DNA of 58,540 nucleotides, counting the filler, from Sphacelaria rigidula (taxonomy: Eukaryota), in assembly GCA_964200075.2 (NCBI GenBank). It is 9 parts of 9 records of this genome, joined end to end, with 100 filler letters (N's around TTAATTAATTAA, not from the genome) between each part and the next. Parts side by side here need not be neighbours in the genome. Positions count along the whole stretch, not along the records: positions 45,611 to 52,025 come from CAXNAA020020206.1; positions 52,126 to 58,540 come from CAXNAA020020207.1; 7 more parts are not named here. The stretch is one strand, 5' to 3'. The position numbers and the translations under genes are program-made. Shown here piece after piece: positions 49,523 through 58,540 of the stretch (position 1 is the first letter of the stretch; the number at the start of each line of letters is the position of its first letter). The notes beneath the pieces were generated by a model. It was not told the origin of the DNA, did not search any database, and saw only the letters and a list, made by a program, of their open reading frames with translations.

Positions 49523-51461
49523 TGATATTCGTCACAATAGCTCGTTCTCTCGAACCCATGATCACAGCGTGCAAGGAGCATACCACCCATACCCATAACC
49601 CAAACAGCCCGTAGAAGAAGGCAAAAAACAAAACATCTGCACGAAAAATGGTCACATGTAATTCACGGGAACGGTAGGATGTTTGAGGATAGTGTGGTGT
49701 TCAAAAAACAAAATATCATGTGTCTCTTCATGACCCCTCGGCCCAGCCTTCAGATAAAAGAGCGTACCACACGCCGACTGTTGGGAGCTGTATACCATGC
49801 CCGATCTCACGGAAGAAGCGCTTGAGAAAATATCGGTGGAGACTAGCATGCTCTTTATGGGACTGGAGATCGGAGGAACTACCTTATCGGCTGGTTTGCT
49901 TGACGCCGATGCGGCTGCTCTCACAGGCGGCGGTCGCCGCAGCACGAAGCTATCTGCTGATCGCGAGCCGGAGGTACTTTCATTCTTTTGCCGTAAATTT
50001 TCGATATCATGAAGCCATGTACGCCCTTGGGGGCTCAAGTTCATACGTGTGTAGCACAAACAAGTGTGATGTGTAGGTTACTCGCTGGTTTTTCGTGAGC
50101 ACTACACCGGAGTTAGCGCGTCGTGGGAGCTCCGTGCAAGCATACAATCGTCTCCTCGGTCGAAGTACTCCGCATTTCGGAACAACATTTTGGGGTGAGT
50201 ATGTTCTGTCAGCTGCTGAACAGCTGAACATGGCTGCTGTGCTACTTCGGGTAGAGGCGGAGATTTCAAGCTTCTGCCGCCTGGGGCGTTCGCTTATCCT
50301 GACGTTCGCCGTTTTCTCTTTCGCGTGGTGTTGTTCTCGGGGCGATATATACTCTTGCCATACAGGACGGTGGATGGAATATGCATGCTACTCTTCTCCA
50401 GGAACAATCTGAACAGTTAGTATTTTGTGTCACCCGCTTTTTCTGGAGTACTTGTGTACAGACAGTTTTGACCGCACGAAGACAGCTAGAATTATCTACA
50501 ACTGTTGTAGGTATGTGTCCCTTCGGCTTGAATATCAAGGGTAAAGACACGTTGTTGCACCCGGGCTGCTACTGTACTTCTTTTGTGACACGTAAATGTT
50601 GCCTTCCCGTCGACATTGCCAGTAGTCCAGTACACCCCAGTTTCCGTTGGCGCAAGGCTATGCTTCGCACTCCCTGCACCTCCATCGTGGCCATTTGAAA
50701 TCTCTCTGGTATGTCCAGGATATGTATCTTCTCTAAATTAGCATGCTCACGAACAACCGTTAATGATTGTATCCTGCCTGGTCGGACGGGTCTGCATGCC
50801 CTCTACCCCTCTTGTCCAGGACAAGCAACAACACGAGTATTGTATCTTTCATGAAGCTGGGTCTGGATAGCGCCGAGTCAGCCTAGGTGATTACAAACAT
50901 CAACAACTTTCGGCGGCAATGAAATCCATACCCCCTGACGAGACCAATTGAGGTGTATATTTGTGTCTTTGATGATTTAGCCAGTCCGGCCGTGTCTTCT
51001 TTCGACGCGAAAACGTAAGTTGGAATCGAGTTTGCTCGTACCTGATACATCCATGGCATTGATGTTCTCAATCATCTGAGAAAATAAATAGCGTTGACGA
51101 ATCAGAAACGAGCGAGTTCGATTCAACCACACGTTTTCGACACGAAAGCAATTTGAAAAGACATGGTCTCAGTGAGGAAAATATTCTCTTCCGCTACACA
51201 CAAAATAATCCTGCCGCAATTTTTTTTCTGACAGTACAGGTATCCAGACCCTGAAGAGACCCATCGAGGTGCTTCTTTGTATATTTCCTCAAGTCGCAGC
51301 CAACTGCGTTAATTGTAGGAGATACTGGGAACAGCGCCCAATAGATCCAGTGGTGAAAATATATACGCATATGATTCAGGCTGACGCGGTTGTGTTTGAC
51401 GTTTCCATTAATTTGGTTGGTTCATTTCCCCCCGCTGTATTTCATGATTTCTAGATATTAC

Positions 51462-51726
51462 AGCGAGGAGCTGTTCGTGTGTGTACTGAGGAGTTCTTGT
51501 GTATTGTGATGTAGTGAGGAGTTCTTGTGTCACGTAGTGAGGATTTTTTGTGTCATGTAGTGAGGAGTTCTTGTGTGTTGTGACGTTGAGAGGAGACACG
51601 CCCCGCTTCTCACTTCCCTGTTTCACCACTTCGATGATTAATTTATGTATGTTGAGGAGTTTTTGTGTTTTGTGATGTTCAAAGGAGGCACGACCCGCTC
51701 GTCACTTCCCGATTCCATCACTTCGA
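51462..51726. repeat. Minisatellite GTGAGGAGTTCTTGTGT plus a ~75-bp duplication
   Basis: Five to six units of 23-28 bp; GAGG..CACG.CCCGCT..TCACTTCCC..CACTTCGA occurs twice. Confidence 0.75.
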
Positions 51727-51912
51727 CAGTCGAATCAACTTCCCCTTCTTCTCTTCACAAAGCTGCCACCGTCTCCCCGTAGACGAGCAACAATACAGGT
51801 CTTGCACACAAATTTCGCTGTACCACTCCACCACAGGCATATATTCCTCACGGGGTTTCCCCGTAGGAATGTCGGGGGAAAACGTGCATTCGCATGGAAC
51901 ATAACTTTTGGC

Positions 51913-51946
<34 letters not shown>

Positions 51947-52141
51947 TTCTTTGCTTTTGTGTTTTTGTGGTTTTTCCCGGTGTGTGGTTTTGGGTGTGTG
52001 TTTGGCGGCTTGGGGAGTGTGGGTGNNNNNNNNNNNNNNNNNNNNNNNNNNNNNNNNNNNNNNNNNNNNTTAATTAATTAANNNNNNNNNNNNNNNNNNN
52101 NNNNNNNNNNNNNNNNNNNNNNNNNTGCTGCGGGGGCGGCG

Positions 52142-52173
<32 letters not shown>

Positions 52174-53029
52174 ACATACTGTAGGGTCTCGGAGGTTTCA
52201 TTTTGGGCACCCTTGGTCTAACTCCTATTAATGGCGTAAAGTCTTGCGCGTATGCACGAGGACATGAACTTCAAAACGACGTGGTTCAAGTATGAAACAT
52301 CTTTTTCGGTGAATCATGCGTCAATGCAAGAAAAACTGTGCGGGTTTTTCGAGTTTCTCGACCAACCTTTGTACATGTGCTATCCCGGGACGCATCATTT
52401 CATTTATTTTCTTTCGACGGGTTTCATTCCGGGGGACCACCTCAATTCCCAAGGATTGTTTTTTCACCTAGGACCCCCGAATTTCGGTAATCGGGATCCC
52501 ATTTTTTTCGGCGTGTTGTTATTTTCGAAAGCTACCAGCAGACGAAGGAGTGGAACCATATTTCGAAGAATCGGCGTGGAAGCGAAGATTTTGATTGTTC
52601 AGGTTATGATCCTCAAGTGGATATTATACGGAAATGACACCGTATTCAAATTATCATATTACATACGGAATAGAGTGTTCCGGCTATAACTTTCGAACGA
52701 CGATGGATTAACACTCAAGCTGTGAAGTAGTGCCGTTAATATAATGCCCATTGTCTTACAAGCTGACTCAGCCTGGGTGCGAATTTGTAATTTGTAGGCC
52801 CCATCTCACCTCAATTTTGAGAGTTGGACTTTCAAATTTGGTGCTTGTATGGAGACCGAATCGAACATGATAAAAACAAATGCGATACATTTTTTTTCAT
52901 GAGTTAACCGCATATTACTTGAAACCGTTTTCAGTAACATCCCGCTGAATCATGAAACACGAAAATGTCCCGCACTTTCCTTTGTCGTACCTTATTAATC
53001 CTCCGTACAAATTGTGAAAGTCCAACTCT

Positions 53030-54066
53030 CCAAATTAAGGTGGAAGTGGGCGATTTAGAAATCTGGCCGGTCGGATGTCGGAACAGTATTTTGTAGGCCA
53101 CTAACCGGCCCAGGTTTGGTCCTTGTGCTTCGAAATTTTGTGTAGGGCCTCACCAGGGCACAATGAAACAAACAGAATGAGAAAGGTTAATTGTTTTTAT
53201 TAGTAAGGGCGTCTAGTAAGGTGAAGACTATTCTTTCACGAGGACGCTCTTACCTCTCTCTCTCTCTGAAAAAGGAAGGCCCACGTTTTGTATTTCCAGC
53301 TTGCCTTCGCGATTTCTCAATGCTTGTTTGAAATCACTACCCTGAAAATTGAGTTGAAATACTGCCTTGAGATAAGGTCCAAGAACACTACCCATTTCCC
53401 CTCACGTATCCCCTTACGGCCTTGCGCAGCCTAGATGCAGATTTGAAGTTTGGAGGCTCATTCCCAACTCGGTTTTTAGAGCTGACCCCTGAAATATTGG
53501 TATAAGCAATGAATAGGACATGAAATAAAAGGAAAGCCAGACCCAAATAATTTGTTTCATGATTTAACGGCGTTTTACTGAGACCTAAAAAGTGACTATG
53601 GCCTCTACCTTATGAAACTATGAACACAACTAGAGATTGAGGTGAGAATGGGCCGTTTCGTAACCGGATCGGTGGAAATTCTGCACAGTATTTTGCAGGT
53701 CACTTACCGGCCCACGTTTTGTGCTTGTGTATTGAAATTTGGTGTTGGACCACGCTAGGGCTCAACGAACCAAAAAAAGGTGGGTCCGTTTGTTCTTATT
53801 TTCCTTTTCACTGATTTAGGGCGTTTCAGTATAGTAAATACCACTTTTCAACGAGAACGCCCGAATCTCTGGAAGAAAATAAAACTAAGGCCCATTTTTT
53901 TTTTTGTGATTCAGCGTACCTCTGTGGTTTTTCATGCTAGATTTCAAATCACAATTCTCAAGAATGAGCTGAAAAACTGAGATGAGGTCCAAGAGTAGTG
54001 TTCATTTCTCCTCAAGAGTCACTCACGAACTGGGCCAGCCTAGAGGCGGGTTTGAAGTTTGCAGGC
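53030..54066. repeat. Diverged ~430-bp direct repeat pair (53030-53457, 53635-54066)
   Basis: ACAGTATTTTG.AGG.CACT.ACCGGCCCA and CAGCCTAGA.GC.G.TTTGAAGTTTG.AGGC shared. Confidence 0.75.
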
Positions 54067-55087
54067 GAATGCGCCGGCCAATATTTAGAGTTGGAGCGTA
54101 AAATTTGGTTCAGGCTTGTTCACGGTGATCACCCAAAATTGTGTCACCAGCAAATGCCTTCCGCAATACGCACCCAATAGTCGCATATATGGTATCATAC
54201 TGACCGCAATGGAGAGACGTAGAGGGTGACATCGCCAGGCTTTTGTTCAAGGCCGTAGCGGTGACACTATGGACGAAAACATGTCTCAGCCAATCAGCGC
54301 CCTTCAAACTGTTTCGAGATCGAAATTACGGATACCAAGCGCAATTTTCACCCAATCTCTACATGCTTCAAATCGTAGTAACCATCATCGACACGGGAAT
54401 CTAACGAGAAAATCATATTTTAAAAACGGTTACTACGGGGGTCGAATTGTACCGGAAACCGTGATGTTTTGGTGATGTCGGGTGTCGGCGTCGTTTAATT
54501 TCCACTAATGATACCCACGAAAGACCCAGGGAGCGTCGTGACGGTGTTTCCTTTATCTGTTGTAGAAAAGCTCAGATCGCTCTCACACTCGGCAGTTCCG
54601 TAGGTATTGATGCTCCAAATGGAAAAATTATATTCTTTACAGTATATAATGTTTTCTCCGTTCTCTACCGGCTTCCGGGGGTCCCAGCATGAAGACCCCC
54701 GGAAGGCGGTACAGAATGCGCTAAAAGAAAAAAATGAAATGGTACGTCCCGGGAGAGTCCAAGAAACACATTTACAAACTTTGATGGAGAAAACCGAAAA
54801 CCTCATACTTCCTCTGTCCCATAAGTAAAGTCCGTTATGGGGGAAAGATTGTATATTGCCAATGGAGTTGCCCACGATGCTATGGTTAGGTTTTTTGAAA
54901 AGCTGTTGACATGGTGATGCTCGTTGAACACAAAAAAAAAATATGAATCGAAATTACTGAGAATTAGTGGGTCAAAAAGTGGGCATTTTGGCGGGAATTT
55001 GAGAATTTTTTGAGATTTTTTTTGAGAATTATATTGAGAATTTCTGCTTTTCTGGGCAATTGAACGCCCATTACCCCCACAACCACG

Positions 55088-55591
55088 ATGGAGACCCCCC
55101 CCAAACGTAAGCGGGGCGCAGATGTGTCGTTGGGCTGCCGGTATGCAATGGCGGTGGAGATAGCGATGGCCATTCCCCCAGGAAATTCGAGGGCGACGAA
55201 GGGCGTTCTAGGCCCCATGGCGGAGCTAGTCACGCAGCCTGCACGGTCGCCTGACTTGAACGTCAACGACTTGGGCTTCTTCGCATCTCTTGAGTCGAGG
55301 GTATGGGGGATGAATGCAAGTTCGATAGACGAGTTGGTGGAGATTATCTTTAAGCAGTACGAGGAGTACGACGGTGACACGTTTGAGCGGGTTTGGCAGA
55401 GCCTCTTTAAGGTTTACAACCAAACACTACGTGAGATAGGCAACAACGACTTTATTAGTGTGGAACATTCCGGGGTGAGGGTGCGGCAAAGGGCAGGAAC
55501 GTTAGAAAGGGTGGTAAAATACGATAAGGATGCCTTCACGAAGGCCTGGGACTACCTAGCGGCAAGCCCTAGCGACGACGAGGGCGGGTAA
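55088..55591 (+). pseudogene. Tc1/mariner (DD39D-type) transposase, in-frame internal deletion derivative
   Basis: QPARSPDLNVNDLGFFASL third-Asp motif and C-terminal helices, joined to a ~45-aa N-terminus; the first two catalytic motifs are absent. Confidence 0.85.
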
Positions 55592-56087
55592 CATATATAT
55601 ATTTTCTGACACTTTCTTGCCCCTGCAAAAAAAGGGCCTAAATATGGCCTTTTTTGGGCCGACTACTTTGTTTTCGGACGGTCGCGTGAGCCGGGGAGTG
55701 CGTAGAAAACAAAACAAAAACGGGGTTCAACCCAAAAAACATCAAAGATTTAAAAAAAACTATCGCCTGCGACACCGGACACGGCTAAGGGTCCGTGTGA
55801 TCATAACGGACTTTACTTATGGGGCAGAGGAAGTACAGTTTTTCTTGCCTTGACGTCAAATTCATCCCAAAAGACGTTTCCATACTAAAACCAAGTAGTT
55901 AGGAGTTGCACGTTTCAAGCCCACGTCCTCCACCAACGCGCAAACGGTCACGCTGTCATTAGGAGTTAGATCTTGAAACTTCGCATAAATATGCTATGTG
56001 TCATCACGCAACTTTGTAAGGACGATGGTTTTTGTACTTCTTGATTTTTTTCCCGTTTTTCGGGGGTCCGACGGGATCGAAGTCGTT

Positions 56088-56860
56088 TTTCGAAATAGTC
56101 TCCATTTTGGGACCCCAGAAAAACGGCGGTACGATATTTTTCTCATTTTTTCGCGAACTATCTGCCTCCGCATAACCTAAGGATAGACTCCACGAATTTT
56201 CGTCGCAAACCTCGATCAACTGATGATGTTTGAATTTCCATGTCCACGTCAAACAAGGCCCAAAAACGCCGTTTTGGTACTAAAATCAAGTAGTTTGTGG
56301 TTTCACCGCGGCACGGCAAAGTTCATCGCACAAAAGCCAAAAACCTCACGCCGTTTTAATGAGTTGGGCCCTGAAATTTTGTACAACTGCGCTTTGGATC
56401 ATCATGCAACTTTGGATGGACGAGGCTTTTATTTTGGTTTTGTTGACGTATTACGGAGGTCACCACGCCAAGCGACGGTGCCTACCCGATTTTCGAAATA
56501 GTCTCCATTCTGGGACCCCAGAAAAACGGCGGTACGATATTTTTCTAATTTTTTCGCGAACTATCTGCCTCCACATGACCCAAGGATGGGCTCCACGAAT
56601 TTTTGTGGCAAAACTCGATCAACTGATGCTTGAATTTCCATGTCCACGTCAAAGAAGGCTCAAAAACACCGTTTTGGTACTAAAATCAAGTAGTTTGTGG
56701 TTTCACCGCGGCACGGCAAAGTTCATCGCACAAAAGCAAAAAAAACTCACGCCGTTTTAATGAGTTGGACCCTGAAATTTTGTACAACTGTGCTTTGGAT
56801 CATCATGCAACTTTGGATGGATGAGGTTTTTCTTTTGTTTTTGTTACCGTTTTACGGGGG
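56088..56860. repeat. 403-bp tandem duplication
   Basis: CGAAATAGTCTCCATT.TGGGACCCCAGAAAAACGGCGGTACG at 56091 and 56494. Confidence 0.9.
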
Positions 56861-57247
56861 TTTGATTGGGTCGAGGTTTCCCCCAAGAAACTGGGACCCC
56901 CGAAAAACGGTGAAAAAAGTAAAAAAGTAAAAAAAACGCGATCATCGAGAGTTGTGTAACGACTCATAGAACATTTGCGCAAAATTTCAGAGTCTAATTC
57001 TTTAAAACGGCGTGAGATTTTGCCGATAAGTGTTTTTTGAGTGACCAACGTGAACCAGCCTGTATAGACCGGATTTGGATTCCTCTCGGCTGTGCGCGTC
57101 GTGCGAACTTGGTTTGTTTCGTGTGTCAACTCGTAAAAATAAACGAGAAATAGCGGTGCCCTCTATTTAGTGAAAATAGTGCTGCATGAACCACACGAAA
57201 ATATAACGTGAACTCCGATTTGACAGCCGATAACGCGGGATTTTACC

Positions 57248-57650
57248 AATTGGGGATGGATTCTTCATTGATTGGGGATGAGAACCCGGAGAATTAAAAT
57301 CTTCGTATCTGCACCAAATCTTCGAAACATGGTTCCATTTCTTCACTTGCTGGTAGCTTTTGACAACTGCTACACGCCATACAAATTTGGATTTCGATAA
57401 CCGAAATTTCGGTGTCCTAGGTGAAAAAACAATTTTCGGGGATTTAGGTGATCCGATCATACACCAAAGTTGTTTTTACACCCAGGACCCCGACATTTCG
57501 GTTATCGAAATCCAAATTTGTATGGTGTGTAGTAGTTGTCAATACCTACCAGCAAATGAAGAAATGGAAGCATACATCGAAGTTTTGGTGTGGATACGAA
57601 TATATTAATTTTCGGGGTTTTAATCCCCAATAAAAGATCCATCCCCAATT
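57248..57650. repeat. Long imperfect foldback, ~190-bp arms
   Basis: AATTGGGGATGGAT...CCTAGGTGAAAAAACAA, short loop, TTGTTTTTACACCCAGG...ATCCATCCCCAATT. Confidence 0.9.
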
Positions 57651-58474
57651 TACAGTGTTTTTCGTCGAACATACGGCTGATTACGTGAAGTAACATTTAC
57701 TGAGGAAGCCCTTGGGGTATCGGTCATCCGTTTTCGCAAATGTTGGGGTAAAAAGAAGGGACGGGTCGTCTCGGGTCCAACAGGCCACCAGGACCGCCTG
57801 TGTTGTGGCTTCCGTGAATGTCGGAGAGACGCAGAACAAAAGAAGAAAAACCAAAACAATGAACCAGAGAACAAGGTGGCTGAGGCCCTCACAGCTAGCG
57901 AGAAGCAACTGCGGTGAGTACTTCGGCACAGAATGGATGGCAGTCCGATTTACGTGAAGATTTTGCCTCCCCAAACCAGGCACTTCTCGGGAAGGGCTAT
58001 CATAGAAAGTGTCCGATACATGATCTTTGTTGCAATAAGCTCCAGATTGCGGCCGCCAATGTCTGTCGCTAATCACAGCAAGATCTACAACGCGGCCAAC
58101 AATAAATGTTGTTGGTCACAACAGGATTTAAGTTGCGTCCGCGAATGTCTGTTGCTAGTCACAATATATTCTGAATCGCGGCCATTTATGTATCTCGCTC
58201 GTCACAACGCGGTCTAAATCGCGGCCCAGTAATATCAATCTACTGCTGGCCTCAGTAGGATTGAATGGCGTCGATCACTAGCTATGTATGCACATTTTGT
58301 GGTGGATGTTTCAACTTTATTCCACACAACGTATGGCCAGCTACCGCCTCAGGTAGTTGCGTGTTCATATGTGAGAGGTATTTCCGTTGATGCCATAAGA
58401 CCACTGTAGTGAGCAATATCTTCATCAAAACCCATCGTTGGCGTCAGCGACTATCGATAGATGCTCCCTATTAA

Positions 58475-58540
58475 CAGTGTTTTCGTGAGATTGAGAGTAG
58501 ATGATACGATTGAGAGTGGCTTTGATCATTCGGTTTAAGG
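58475..58540. mobile_element. MITE family B end, truncated by the window
   Basis: CAGTGTTTTCGTGAGATTGAGAGTAGA. Confidence 0.75.

Noticed and set aside
47842..50059. ORFs 47877-48125, 48909-49655 and 49652-50059
   Set aside because: Microsatellite-driven, or no recognisable domain or splice support.

Overview
Eukaryotic, repeat-rich DNA, most likely from a brown alga or other stramenopile (inferred from the H4 sequence, spliced genes and ~50% GC). It is not one locus. It is nine unrelated contigs of 6416 or 6415 bp, sorted by length and joined by 100-nt N-TTAATTAATTAA-N linkers, so gene neighbourhood across gaps means nothing. Firm content: an intronless histone H4 gene with a 3' stem-loop; a complete but mutated Ty1/copia retrotransposon assembled as a one-LTR circle; a dead LINE interrupted by a 1.64-kb TIR element; a tRNA-derived SINE; several MITE families; an internally deleted mariner-type transposase among long foldback repeats; two isolated WD40 exons; microsatellites. 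Three observations stand out. (1) A spliced, now pseudogenised gene at 21149-25812 whose exons reassemble into a bacterial-type beta-class N6/N4 DNA methyltransferase fold. (2) A CRISPR-like array of about 25 palindromic CAATATATATTG motifs at 42-43 bp spacing with largely distinct spacers, carried inside the TIR element. (3) Retroposon families that end in, and appear to target, C-rich tracts rather than poly(A). All family assignments were made by eye; no searches were run.
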